Positions 1-12,830 of a stretch of DNA of 64,000 nucleotides are shown here, piece by piece (the stretch's first letter is position 1; every line of letters starts with the position of its first letter). The notes under the pieces were generated by a model. It did no database searches and was not told where the DNA came from. It saw only the letters and a program-made list of their open reading frames with translations. Position numbers and translations under genes: made by a program. The stretch comes from Octopus sinensis (taxonomy: Eukaryota): contig NC_043011.1 of the NCBI RefSeq assembly GCF_006345805.1, positions 42,172,464-42,236,463 of the forward strand, written 5' to 3'.

Positions 1-190
1 CTTCTTTGGTGCTAATTCGGTGATTGTCCCAGTTTTCGCTAGAATGATGTTTCTGTATTTCTGGTGTGGTCTTTCTATGAGAGTTGTAATACATTTCACA
101 ATAGAGCGAGGGTTGTTTGGTCCACGGTGGGGTTTCTTGTAGGCAGAGGATATCACAATGATAATCTGTACAGTGCAAACAACTCTTCAG
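1..190 (-). pseudogene. Non-LTR retrotransposon APE endonuclease N-terminal remnant (frameshifted; runs off the window start)
   Basis: Minus strand reads HCDILCLQET, then after a 1-nt frameshift HRGPNNPRSIVKCITTLIERPHQKY. This matches the DI.CLQET(H) motif of LINE endonucleases. Clade not assigned. Confidence 0.7.
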
Positions 191-606
191 TCGGTGTTTA
201 AATAAATTTGTAAATGTTTATTCTTTATCTAACATTTCCTGTAAGACACAGTTGGTCTCTCCTTTCTCTCTTGATTTCCAAATCTGTTTTGAAAGTAGTG
301 TTCTTTTTCTTTTTCCTTTTTTCTTCTTTTCAAGAAGCGATGACGACGGAAGGAGTTGATGTATTGCTGTGAAGGCGCCCCACGTGGAGACAATTTGATA
401 GATTTGTTTTTCTCCGAGTATTTGGGTTCTTAGTAAATTTTCAAGTATTTTAATATCAGGATGTCCAGCCTTAAAATGACGGATGTTGAGCAAACAGCGA
501 TAACTTGTTTCTGCTCTTTCTTGCTGCTCTTGGGTTACTGTGACAAGCGAGGTGACTGCAGCAATGATATTAATGGAAACGTTACAATGTATTCTCTATT
601 CATTGC

Positions 607-638
<32 letters not shown>

Positions 639-1124
639 CATACATAGAAGTGTGTATGTGTCAATGCACACACACATACATATATTTATATATATATATA
701 TGTATATGTTGGGGTGTGTCTATTTTAGTATCGACAGTCATTGCTAGTTGTCTTCTGTACTCCAAGCATTTTGCTATTTGGTAGTTTTATATTATTGTTT
801 TGTTAGATCGTGCGTTTGTGAAATAATATTTTATTTCCGATTAATGTTGCATAATTGACCTACTGCAAAGTGCGCTGCTAGCATGACCTATGTAACAAAT
901 ATTTCCAACAACTTCACGTCTTCCATATTTATACTGATGGCCGTATACCACATAGGTGGCTGGTTTCAGCTATGTTTCTAGCTGGGTTTATTCGCTAGAG
1001 GTTGTTTGTTTTTTATTGTAATGATATTGTTATCATACTATATAATATGAAGAGATTTTATTTTCATTACAAAACCTTGCTTTTTAAGTGTGACGTAGAA
1101 TTTTGCCTTTCATAATGTCTTTTT

Positions 1125-1163
1125 GTCATCTATATGTATACAACTGAGAATGTGTGTTTGTGT

Positions 1164-1210
<47 letters not shown>

Positions 1211-1500
1211 TATCTGTCTGTCTGCATTCATCACTAAAACGAAAGAACTACTCAACAGATTTCATTCAAATTTTACACATGCCTTAATTAGGGTCCATGC
1301 AGTGTCATGGGCCAAAAGAATTTTCAGATCCTTGCCTAATGCAAGCCTGGAGCAATATCTTATCTCTCACTCTAGTTCAGTAATACGTGTCAAAAGTGAA
1401 ACAAAGACCTATATTGTAATGTGAGATAATACTTTCAGTTTTAATTGTGAAAATATTAATACTTTCACTATGTATATATATATATTTCATTTCTATTACT
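1125..1500 (+). mobile_element. Non-autonomous Helitron/Helentron-like element with internal (GT)n and TCTG repeats (second copy about 2640-2960)
   Basis: Layout is atac-aactgagaatgtgtg, microsatellite, gaactactcaac.gatttcattcaaattttacac, resembling DINE-1/HINE-type elements. Family assignment is from pattern recall only. Confidence 0.4.
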
Positions 1501-1571
1501 TTCACTATGATATATTTATGTATGTATATGTATGCATACATATATATGTAATGTATATGTATGTATATACA

Positions 1572-1622
<51 letters not shown>

Positions 1623-3019
1623 TATATATATGTATGTATGTATGTATATATATATCTTCATGTGTGTACTGGAATTGATTGTGGCAACATTTGAAATTTT
1701 GTCTAGGTAAATGCAGCTGATGAAGACTTGCTTCACCCGAGTGTAGACGGCATTTTCTGTGGCTCCTTTGCCGTTCTCAAAAATAGCGTTCGTATATTTT
1801 TCTCGTTTGGCTTAACAACCCTTCTTTTCTGTGTTACTGTTATTCTCCTTGTCCTGTCTTTTACTGTTTATATTTTGTACTGTCGTTACTGTCCTGTTTT
1901 TGTTATCATTTTTACCCCTCCGCAAAAAAATCTCAAATTTTATTTAATTTGCTTTTCGCGGGAAGGAATGTTTCAGCTGAAGTTGCGTCTCGCCTTCACC
2001 TTCGAAACGCGGAGTAGATGAAACCATGGTGACTGAAGAAGGGGAATTTTCCTTGTGTTATTTGTCCTGTACTCTATTTTTTCGTTGTTTAAGAAAAATG
2101 TCCAGTTCCTTGGTTTTGTGTTTATGTTTTCGTTTCTCATTGTGTTCGACGTATTTTTGGTGTCTTGTACCCATATATGCATGTATATATACATGTAGAT
2201 GTAGGTACGTACATATATGTATGTATATATGCATATATATATATGTATATATATATATAACGGGAAGCTTTATGAAAATAAACAAAAGACGAAGGCAGGT
2301 GGAAAAAAACGAACAATTGTATTAGTATGGCGCTCAGGAAATATAATAAAACAAGTCTTTAACGTTTCGAGCCTACGCTCTTCAACAGAAAGATACACAG
2401 AGAGAGAAGAAAAACACAGAAAGAAGGAGAGAAAAAATGCGTGCAGTAGCTAACGAATCAACATGGCGATCTGATTTCGGCCAGAGGTCAAAGATCAAAC
2501 ATGAGACGCGAGAGCGAAATAAGGGGAGATAATAGGGTTGATAAATGGGTTGAGGGAGGGACCAGCTAAAAGTGCGTGGGAGGGGTCTGGATGTGTGTAT
2601 GTATAGGGTTGGTGTATGTATTAGTATGTATAAGAGTGTGTGTGTGTGTGTGGTGTGTGTGTGTCATCTGTCTGTCTGCATTCATCACTTAAACGAAAGA
2701 CTACTACTCAACCGATTTCATTCAAATTTTACACATGCCTTAACTTAGGGGTCCATGCAGTGTCATGGGCCAAAAGATTTTCAGATCCTTGCCTAATGCA
2801 AGCCTGGAGCAATATCTTATCTCTCACTCTAGTCAGTAATACGTGTGTCAAAAGTGAAACAAAGACCTCTATTGTAATGTGAGATAATACTTTCAGTTTT
2901 AATTGTGAAAATATTATACTTTCACTATGTATATATATATTTCATTTCTATTACTTTCACTACTAGATATATTTATGTATGTATATGTATGCATACATAT
3001 TATGTAATGTATATGTATG

Positions 3020-3077
<58 letters not shown>

Positions 3078-3683
3078 GTATGTATGTATGTAGGATAGTA
3101 TATATATATCTTCATGTGTGTACTGGAATTGATGTGGCAACATTTGAAATTTTGTCTAGGTAAATGCAGCTGATGAAGACTTGCTTCACCCGAGTGTAGA
3201 CGGCATTTTCTGTGGCTCCTTTGCCGTTCTCAAAAATAGCGTTCGTAATATTTTATCTCGTTTGGCTTAACAACCCTTCTTTTCTGTGTTACTGTTATTC
3301 TCCTTGTCCTGTCTTTTACTGTTTATATTTTGTACTGTCGTTACTGTCCTGTTTTTGTTATCATTTTTACCCCTCCGCAAAAAAATCTCAATTTTATTTA
3401 ATTTGCTTTTCGCGGGAAGGAATGTTTCAGCTGAAGTTGCGTCTCGCCTTCACCTTCGAAACGCGGAGAGATGAAACCATGGTGACTGAAGAAGGAATTT
3501 TCCCTGTGTTATTTGTCCTGTACTCTATTTTTTCGTTGTTTAAGAAAAATGTCCAGTTCCTTGGTTTTGTGTTTATGTTTTCGTTTCTCATTGTGTTCGA
3601 CGTAATTTTTGGTGTCTTGTACCCATATATGCATGTATATATACATGTAGATGTAGGTACGTACTATATGTATGTATCTATGC

Positions 3684-3720
<37 letters not shown>
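1208..3720. repeat. Direct duplication of about 1.05 kb (about 1208-2258 and 2663-3720)
   Basis: The two copies align end to end (e.g. gggtccatgcagtgtcatgggccaaaag; gcagctgatgaagacttgcttcacccgag) and differ mainly by 1-2 nt indels. Confidence 0.9.
2258..2452 (-). mobile_element. Short Penelope-like pLTR-type element with minimal hammerhead-like motif (family also at 12228-12415 minus and 17128-17312 plus)
   Basis: Minus strand 2357-2392 reads CTTT-CTGTTGA-A-GAGC-GTAG-GCTC-GAAAC-GTT-AAAG. The same element body recurs at the other two loci. Confidence 0.6.
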
Positions 3721-3737
<17 letters not shown>

Positions 3738-3866
3738 TATAATATCTATATATATATTTATGTACATATAGATGTATATATATATTACATACATATATAT
3801 ATATCTATATATCTATATATATATATGTTATATATATATAATATATACATAAACATCTATACATAG

Positions 3867-3901
<35 letters not shown>

Positions 3902-3903
3902 AC

Positions 3904-3935
<32 letters not shown>

Positions 3936-4132
3936 TACTAATATATATACATATATATATCTATATATATATATATATATATACATATTATATATATAAT
4001 ATATAACAATATATATATATATATATATATACAATATCTATAACATATATTATACATATCTATATATACAGATATATATATATATGCATATACATATACA
4101 TAATATATATATAAGTATATATAGAGATATTA

Positions 4133-4164
<32 letters not shown>

Positions 4165-4516
4165 ATATTATATATTATTACATATATATATATTATATAT
4201 TATATATATATAATATATCTATATATATATATATATATACATATATATATCTAAATATACATATATACATATATACATATAAATATATATAATATATAAT
4301 ATATATATATTATATATATATAATATATATTATATACAATATATACATATAAATATATATATATATCTATATAATATATATAAAATATACTTATATATCT
4401 ATATATACATATAAATATTATATATCTATATAATATATGATAATATATCTAATACATATATACATCTAATATATATATATATATATATATAGATAACTAT
4501 CTAATATACTATATAC

Positions 4517-4547
<31 letters not shown>

Positions 4548-4642
4548 ATATAATATATATATACATATATACATATAAATATCTATATATATATATATAT
4601 ATAAGTATATAAATATATATATATACATATATCCAATATAAC

Positions 4643-4673
<31 letters not shown>

Positions 4674-5345
4674 ATATATATATATACATATATCCTATAA
4701 AGATATATATATATAATATATATATAATATATATAAATATAATATATCCATATATACATATAAATATATATATCCTATATATAATATAATATATATATAT
4801 ACATATAACCATATAAATATATATAGATTCTATCTATATATCTACATATACATATATACATATATACATATACATATCTAACTATCTATATCTATATCGA
4901 TATATCTAATATAACCATATATAAATAGCTAGATCTACATATCCTATATAATCATATATGTCTCATATCTCAATAAGACCTATATATACATCTATCACAT
5001 ATACATAGATCTATATAATTAATATCTATATATATCACTATACTATCGATACATCTACTACCATCTATAAAAATATATATATATATATACATATATCTAT
5101 ATACATACGATACATCTAAATATATTTCCTCATATATATCTCTATATCGAATATCTCATAAATATCCCTATATTCCATATTATATATATACAAATCTATA
5201 TAATACTATTGTATACAATATACTATGTACCTATATACTATATATATTATATATCTCTATATATATAAATATATATATATACATATATACATAATATATA
5301 TATATATATATATATAGATATATATATATATATATGTGCAAACAT
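3680..5345. repeat. Long noisy (TA)n low-complexity tract
   Basis: About 1.65 kb of TA repeat with irregular single-base insertions, with the look of unpolished long-read consensus. Confidence 0.9.
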
Positions 5346-5719
5346 ATGTATGTATGTATGTATGTATATATATATATATGTGTGTGTGTATGTAAAAATT
5401 TAGATTCAGATGAATATGGTACTTAATTTGAGGCACCAGAATTTAGTACGGTATTATCCATACAATTTCAAAATAAGGTGATTAAAATCAAAATAAGCAA
5501 CAAGGATATCCAGAGGTAATGCAGCACGATCGTTGCAAGCAACTACATTTAATTGAACAATGCAATCATTACATCAATTTAAATGCAGAGCAATCCTCAG
5601 CTGCATAAAGACATAGAATTTAATTAATTTAAAACAGATGGACACATTAGTATAATTTTACCTAAAATCTCCAAGAAGGTAACGAGATAGACAAAGAACA
5701 TGCTGCCTCGACTTAGCTT

Positions 5720-5895
5720 AGTGGTATTTCACCTGCCGCTACGTTTTGAGTTCAAATTTCCGCCGAGGTCAACTTTGCATTTCATCCTTTCAAGGTCGAT
5801 AAATCAAATACCAGTGAATCACTGGGGTCGATGTAATCGACTATTACCCTCCCCCAAAATTTCAGGCCCTGTGCCTTTAGTAGAAAGGATTATTA
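5720..5895 (+). mobile_element. tRNA-derived SINE family 1, 5'-truncated (further degraded copies about 6025-6200, 9404-9575, 18600-18766 minus, 24790-24900 minus)
   Basis: Homologous to the full copies at 9874-10106 and 21224-21456 (gagttcaaatt.cgccgaggtc.actttgc.tttcatccttt). Confidence 0.75.
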
Positions 5896-6334
5896 CTGGG
5901 AACAGAGGTAAAATAAATCCCTAGTCTAAGTACTAGGGTCGATGGTATTGGCTTAACCATCTCAAAAATCTGCTGGTCTTGTGTCTAAATCAAAAACCAT
6001 TGTCAATGAGAACAGGGTACGGTGCGTTAGCAGAATCGTATTTCTTCCATTTCTTTACGCTCTGAATTCTATTGTTACGGAGGCCATCCCTCTAGGGTTG
6101 ATAAAATAAAGTACCAGTTAAATACTGGGGTTGATTTTATCAACTAATGCCGCCTTTAAGATTTCTGGTTTTCTCCTTGTAATTTGAAACGAATATTACT
6201 CAGAATAATGGTTTTCTTCTGTTTTCATTAAGAGAACGAAGGGCAAAACTGAAGACGCTCTCAGGTTTTCGAGACTGCTGCAAGATGTCATTCTCAGACA
6301 AGTCCATAAACGTGACCCGAGAGCTTGCAACAAA

Positions 6335-6381
6335 ATGGACGCTTCGCGAAAGGCTCCTAAGGACCACAATGGTGGGTGGAG
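6335..6381 (+). other. Candidate first exon in a CpG-rich patch (AAAATG start, GAG|GTGAGG donor)
   Basis: caaaATGgac...ggtggag|gtgagg reads MDASRKAPKDHNGGW. No recognisable homology; motif-level evidence only. Confidence 0.15.
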
Positions 6382-7227
6382 GTGAGGATTTAAACCGGAT
6401 TACGGATTGGGTCCAACACATTCGCGCGTGCGGTGTAAACTAAAAGAAAATACAAAAAAAGAAAAAAGAAGATACGGATAAGTTCACAATCAAAATATTA
6501 GTTTACCGTTCAGAGAAATGGAAAGAGGTAATTGCTTTGACGTTTCGGACATAGACTCTCCTCACGACATCCTATTTCGAAGAACAAAGGGTAACTGAAG
6601 AAGTTTCATGTGCATCTTTCTAAATATAACTCTTGATATGTATATGTCTAAGAAATGATATGTATATATTCTAAGAAATGGAATAGGGCACATTGGGAAA
6701 ATATCACACACATACGCACGTGTGTGTCATGCATTCAAACACAACCTTACAAACACTCATAGACTCATAAATACATACATACACATATCTATGTGTATAT
6801 ATTTTATACCCACAATATATTTAAGTTGAGCTGTTTACCAGCAGTAGATAATATTGATCTGAGCCCTAAAATAAATATACCTCTTTTAATGAGAGATAGA
6901 AAGGGATTATCTGGTTTAAATGTTTAAATACCAGGAGCGGGGTGCAGCAGGGGAGGATAAGAGTTTGGTTTTCATTTGATCATTTACTGTCGCGGATCGA
7001 GTTAAGTCTTCGCCGTTAGAAAACTTGGTCGTTGGCGGCGGGCGGTCAGTTGGGCATTAATATAAGTATCTCTAATTAATCTGCAAGGATAAAAGCGAAT
7101 TAATTGGTTGACAGGATGTTAATAAATAAATGAATAAATAGACGTTCATTCAATTCTATAGCAACAAAGGAAAATGATAACGGTTTCGTGATGGAATTGT
7201 TTATTATTTTGACGATCACGATGGCAA

Positions 7228-7259
<32 letters not shown>

Positions 7260-7287
7260 TGTGTATGTGTGTGTGTGTGTGTGTGTT

Positions 7288-7344
<57 letters not shown>

Positions 7345-8027
7345 ACGTGGCAGTGTGGTAAGAAGTTTGCATCTTAACCACATGGTTCCGGGTTCAGTCT
7401 CACAGCATGGCAACTTGGGCAAGTGGATTCTGTTCACATCAGACTAGAAATGACGAACGTTCTTTTAGCGAATGATATAGAGACACCATCTGCATAAAAA
7501 CGTAACAGTTAAGTTATTGCTAATCTTAAGAAAAGTGCTTTTAGTCAGGAAGAAAAGCAGTACTCATAACCCTTTAGAAGGCTCTTAAAACTGGTGGGAA
7601 GGAAAGAAAAGGCTATCCACTAGCCAGTCCCTTCGCTGGTCCCAGTGTCCGGCATTCGGGCCAGTTTGTGCTGTTAAAGTAGATGTTGTATTAAGTCTGT
7701 CATCCATGTAGGCCACGGTGGGATTCAACTCAGAACGCAATGTGCCGGAACAAATCGACGCAAGGCATCCAGTCCGACGTTTGACACTCCTGAAAAGCTG
7801 GATGGCAGTGGGATTTAAAGAATTTACAAGAAATAATTTCTTTAAAATAACGAGTCTTACCAGTGTACAGTGTCGTATATTTATTTAGGGATTATTTCGC
7901 CACTAGTTCGCTAACTTCGGAAAATCACCGTTTCGTGGAGGAGGTCTTATAAGATGGAAACATGCCAAGAGTTGTCTTCTTTACTTGGCGGGAAAATGAA
8001 ATTCTCCACAAATTTATTTTCTACCTG

Positions 8028-8304
8028 GTGAAGGCGCGTGGCTCAGTGGTTTAGGTATTCTGTTCACAATTGTTGTCCTTGAGCAAGATACTTTATTTCA
8101 AGTTGCTCCAATCCACTCAGCTAGTACCTGTAATTCAAAAGGCCAACCTTGTCACATTCTGTGTGACGCTGAATCTCCCTGAGAACTATGTAAAGAGTAC
8201 GCGTGTTTGTGGAGTGCTCAGCCATTTGCATATTAATTTCTCAAGTAGGCTGTTCCGTTGATCGGATCAACTGAAACACTCATCGTAGTAACCGACGGAG
8301 GACC
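8028..8304 (+). mobile_element. tRNA-derived SINE family 3 (CORE-like ttgagcaag central motif); tail-only copy at 62135-62282
   Basis: Head gtgaaggcgcgtggctcagtgg is shared with 45687. The 3' part (gttgatcggatcaactg...accgacggag) is shared with 62135-62282. Confidence 0.7.
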
Positions 8305-8799
8305 AGTTTTTATTTTCTTTTTTTATCCTCCATATTGGGTGATAAACTTCCACTGTTTATATAGTTTGGTTAATGATTCGGGCTGAACGAGAATGTATTA
8401 TGAGAAGCACTTTTGAGAAAAAAAATGACAATGTGGAACAAACTGCTTTGGGGACTCTAGATGGTGTGGGGTAGGTGGGGCTTCTTTCAAAATTCAAAAG
8501 GGCGAGGGTTCCAACAGATAGCCACAGGCTCCTCCTTCTCTTTGGCTGTTCAGGGGGTTCTTCTAGACCGAGGAATCAGCCGAACCCCTTCCCCTATTCT
8601 CCACCTTTGTAGGCTCTGGTTATGAGGAGCCACAACTCTGGGTTCTGTATCAGTTTTCTGTTGTCCTCCTTGTCCAAAACTTTAAGAAATGGCATTCATA
8701 GATTTACCGAGTCTTTGACTTCTCTTGTAACAATATACGATCTATGTTTCTTTGTTCCGGATAACAATATCGGACATGTTGTGCTTGGGTCAATAATTC

Positions 8800-9330
8800 T
8801 CCTGGAATGTCGCACTAATAATGAATAATAACAAAAATAGTAATGATTTATTTTTCTAGTCCATAAGGTGTGGATACATTCCACATCTATAACACTTTTG
8901 GTATTTCTTTCCGCCTGGACAATCCTTCTTATATTGTTTCTCTAACAATTTATTAGTTTGTAGAAGGAGGAAACACAAGAAGTAGAATAACATCTTAGTT
9001 TTTCCAGCCGTTAATGAACAGAATATTTCATACAATGGTTTATGTTTAAAGATGGTGGCTGGGTGACGCGGTTTCCCTTCCACCTTTCGTTTATTATCTG
9101 TATCTGAACACTTCTCTCTCTTTCAGTTCAGACTTTATTGAGCAGATCTATGATCAAACATGTTCTAGTTACACCTATTTCATCTTTTATCCGGTCAGCT
9201 TGTCTATGACTACATTATCCAATGTGTCCTTTCTCCTTCTAAACCTTACTTGAGGAAGGTTTGTCTGTTATTTCTAGTGATCGTCTAAATGCTCCTTCAA
9301 TGGTCCGCCTCTCCTGGTTGGGGTGTAATA
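8800..9330 (-). pseudogene. Degenerate retroelement ORF1/gag-like fragment with zinc-knuckle remnants
   Basis: Minus ORF 8856-9083 contains YKKDCP...KCYRCGMYPH, a CX2CX4H spacing, followed by a stop. Confidence 0.35.
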
Positions 9331-9873
9331 TATCTACCAATAGCTCCAAAACCATACCGTTATTCATCTTTCGGTGGCAGTTATTTTATCTAACCTAAAG
9401 TGGCAAGCTGGCAAAATCGTTAGCACGCCGGACAAAATACTTAGCGACATTTCTACCGGCTTTTCACGTTCTGATCTTTAAAAATCGTTGAACTCAACTT
9501 TCGGTGTTGATAAAACAAAGTAGCAGTCAAGTCCTGGCGTCGATGTAATCGACTGACCAAAATTTCAGGCCTTGTGTAACATCCCTGCACGTTCGCCGCA
9601 TGTAAGGCATTCCAGTTCCTGGTACAATTGTTTCATGATCTGAAATCGACGGGAAGCGAATTTTTTTTTTACCACGAGAGTTCCGGACTCCAGTAATGAA
9701 CTCACTTGCATAAAGCCAATCTGAGCTCACATTGACCGTGTCAAGTTAACAATGGTTGGCATTCAAAATGGCGACCTCCGATTGCCATGCGAATCTTGTT
9801 TTGTGCTCTCATTCAGATGCCAATATTATCGATACTGAACACATACGCTGGTTAGCTGTAAGTTTGAATTACC

Positions 9874-10106
9874 TATTTCTTTACTACCCACAAGGGGCTG
9901 AACACAGAGAGGACAAACAAGGACAGACAAACGGATTAAGTCGATTACATCAACCCCAGTGCGTAACTGGTACTTATTTAATCGACCCCGAAAGGATGAA
10001 AGGCAAAGTCGACCTCGGCGGAATTTGAACTCAGAACGTAGCGGCAGACGAAATACGGCTACGCATTTCGCCCGGCGTGCTAACGTGTCTGCCAGCTCGC
10101 CGCCTT
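9874..10106 (-). mobile_element. Full-length tRNA-SINE family 1 with 15-bp TSD
   Basis: TSD taagtttgaattacc at 9859-9873 and 10107-10121. tRNA-like head ggcggcgagctggcaga..cgttagc and B-box-like gagttcaaatt. The central gcctttcatcctttcggggtcgat resembles the MetaSINE-type domain (from memory). Confidence 0.9.
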
Positions 10107-11234
10107 TAAGTTTGAATTACCGAAAATCTCTAGTCAGTCTGAAGACAATTGGTGTGCAACCAACAGCAGCATCCAGGAGAAAGATGGTTGGTGGTGGCAG
10201 AAACTGCATTGATGCTGGCAGATCGTTGAAGGATTGTTTGAAAAGTGTGAAAGGAAAGGTGCCGTTCAGCTCTCAGATTATGCTTAGACGCAAAGCCCAA
10301 CATAACATTCGTAAATGTGTTAAAAACAACCAATCTCTTGGTAAAACACACTCTAGCAAGTAAAGTCAAGACGAAGATCGGTGTTGTAAGTCGACCGATC
10401 GCCAAGTTATGCCTGATTTTAGAAGCAGACAAGTAATTAGATAGATTTGCATCTATACCTATTATCGGATTTTGTTAGGGTCCCATATGGTAAAGATATG
10501 GATGGGAAAAGTGTGGGTAGAGGGTGATGTGCTAGCAACCCTCTCCCCTTACTATTTTACTGGCAGTCATGGTTGAAACACGAACAAGAACTACAAGAAT
10601 TGTTAAAAGAGAAAAGAAGCATTGTCATTCCTTACCCAAGTGACCTTATCTTATCGCCCATCACTTATGCGCTCATAAATTAGTCTGATAGTTGGCTGTA
10701 TGCAAATGCGTTCATATCTGGGGTCCGGAACTCACGTGAGAATAGAATTTCGCCGGCGCGAACGGTCGTTATTTGAAGTGTTATTTAACCTTCAGGACAT
10801 CTTTCAGGTGTCTCAATTCCAAATACGTATGTAACTAATATTTCCTCCTTTGCTGTTTAGAAAACTTTGTCTGGGGAGAGACACCACAGCACTGAAAGAT
10901 AACCAAGATTAACCTTATTTCTCAAATAGACGAGTGAGACTTCTAAGTGATTGTCAACCTTCTAGAAATAGCGACCAAATCTCCAGTAGATCACAGTATA
11001 TTGTTTGTCGATAGTAAATACTTAACCTATAGCTATAATATATTGCTGGCGTATAGTAAATCCTAAGTATAGGCCAGCAATATAGTGATGTATTATAGTA
11101 AATTTCTCAACTATAGCTCTGGTGTATTGTAAGCCTATAGTTTATACGTAGCCTATAATATGATGCCGGGCTATAGTAGACATCAAACCTTGTGTCCGGA
11201 AAAATCGATGTAAGACAATGACAAAGCGTATTTT

Positions 11235-11445
11235 TAACTCTCTTTTTAACTCTTTTACTTGTTTCAGTCATTTGACTGCGGCCATGCTGGAGCACTACCT
11301 TTAGTCGAGCAAATCGACCCCGGGACTTATTCTTTGTAAGCCCAGTACTTATTCTATCGGTCTCTTTTTGCCGAACCGCTAAGTGACGGGGACGTAAACA
11401 CACCAGCATCGGTTGTCAAGCAATGCTAGGGGAACAAACACAGAC

Positions 11446-11478
<33 letters not shown>

Positions 11479-11600
11479 CGACAGGCTTCTTTCAGTTTCC
11501 GTCTACCAAATCCACTCACAAGGCATTGGTCGGCCCGGGGCTATAGCAGAAGACACTTGCCCAAGATGCCACGCAGTGGGACTGAACCCGGAACCATGTG
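11235..11600 (-). mobile_element. tRNA/CORE-type SINE family 2 (OR2-like), 5'-truncated
   Basis: Shares cttgggcaagtgtctt, an internal CA/TA microsatellite and the gtaaaagag tail with the full copies at 28506 and 35065. Confidence 0.85.
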
Positions 11601-12188
11601 ACTGCTGATTACATCAGCATTTTTTAAAAATAAAGTTTTTAAAATGCTAAAAGGTTTTATTAAAGTATTAAAAATGCAACTCTTTATTCAACGTCAAACA
11701 TGAAACAAAAAACGTGATGAGGTTATTTAAAACGAAATTTCTTATGGTGAGTTTTCCTATAGCCATCAAACTTGCACCACCTCCATCCACCTCCATGAAC
11801 ACAGATATTCAGTAGAACTGTATCAGTCCGGTCTCCTTCAGTAGTACAAAGACACAATCTCTATACATGCCTAGAAAACAATTTGTAGATTTCCATTTTG
11901 CAATAAGCATGAATTCACACAAAACCAAAACTCGCAATGTTGCTACAAATGTTAAAGCTTCAACATTACTCCTGGCGATTTCACATTCCCAGCATACCAA
12001 GCACTGACCATCCTCTTCAGAAACCGAAAATGCTTGGCTTTCCTACAGCAGTTACCAACCTCGTACAAAACTCTATTGAGGCCCACAATAGACAATTGTT
12101 CCCACATACAAACCACATCGTAGCGTACATTGTATGTATGTATGTATGTATGTATGTATGTATGTATGTATGTATGTATGTATGTATG

Positions 12189-12227
<39 letters not shown>

Positions 12228-12231
<4 letters not shown>

Positions 12232-12415
12232 GGAGAATTTACAAAAAAAAACAAACAAAAGACGAAGACGTGGTGTAGACAACAAACAGATGTATTAGTA
12301 TAACGCTCGGGAAGTGAAAAAGTCTTTAACGTTTCGAGCCTACGCTCTTCCACAGAAAGGAACGCAGAAAGAAACAAGGAGAGAAAATAAGAATGTGTAG
12401 TGGCTATACACGCAC
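12228..12415 (-). mobile_element. Penelope-like pLTR-type short element with hammerhead-like motif
   Basis: Minus strand 12324-12359 reads CTTT-CTGTGGA-A-GAGC-GTAG-GCTC-GAAAC-GTT-AAAG. Flanked by (TA)n and (CA)n. Confidence 0.6.
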
Positions 12416-12423
12416 AATACACA

Positions 12424-12483
<60 letters not shown>

Positions 12484-12599
12484 GGGTGTTCAAAAAGTCT
12501 CTCCCCAGTGAATTCCTTTCATCCAGCGCATGCGCAACCTGGCTATCACTGTATAGATAAACAAGACACATGACCCGACCGATTGGCATTAATTCTGTC

Positions 12600-12830
12600 G
12601 CCCCAATATCCGAAATCTTTGGCTGACAGACAGTGATTCCTTAACTCGGTTGCTTCAACCGCTTCTACAACAGCATCTGTTCCTCGGATGTGTTTGCTCT
12701 CATATAAACTCCTGTCTGACCCATTCAGTTCATTTGTTTCTTCTCTTCCTCTCTTCATCCACGTTGTCCATATCCCCAGACCCTTACTAAGCACTGCCCC
12801 GCGTCTTTCCTCTCCAGAAGAGAGGGGGCT
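12600..12830 (-). pseudogene. Possible C-terminal fragment of an RLE-type non-LTR retrotransposon
   Basis: Minus strand reads RGAVLSKGLGIWTTWMKRG...DRSLYES, loosely like the region following RLE endonucleases. Weak match. Confidence 0.25.

Noticed and set aside
218-493. 91-aa minus-strand ORF upstream of the endonuclease remnant
   Set aside because: No recognisable domain; probably LINE 5' or ORF1 decay, or chance.
1712-1760. CTGATGA hammerhead-like start (also at about 3168)
   Set aside because: No GAAA or GTH downstream, so at most it is a decayed relic.
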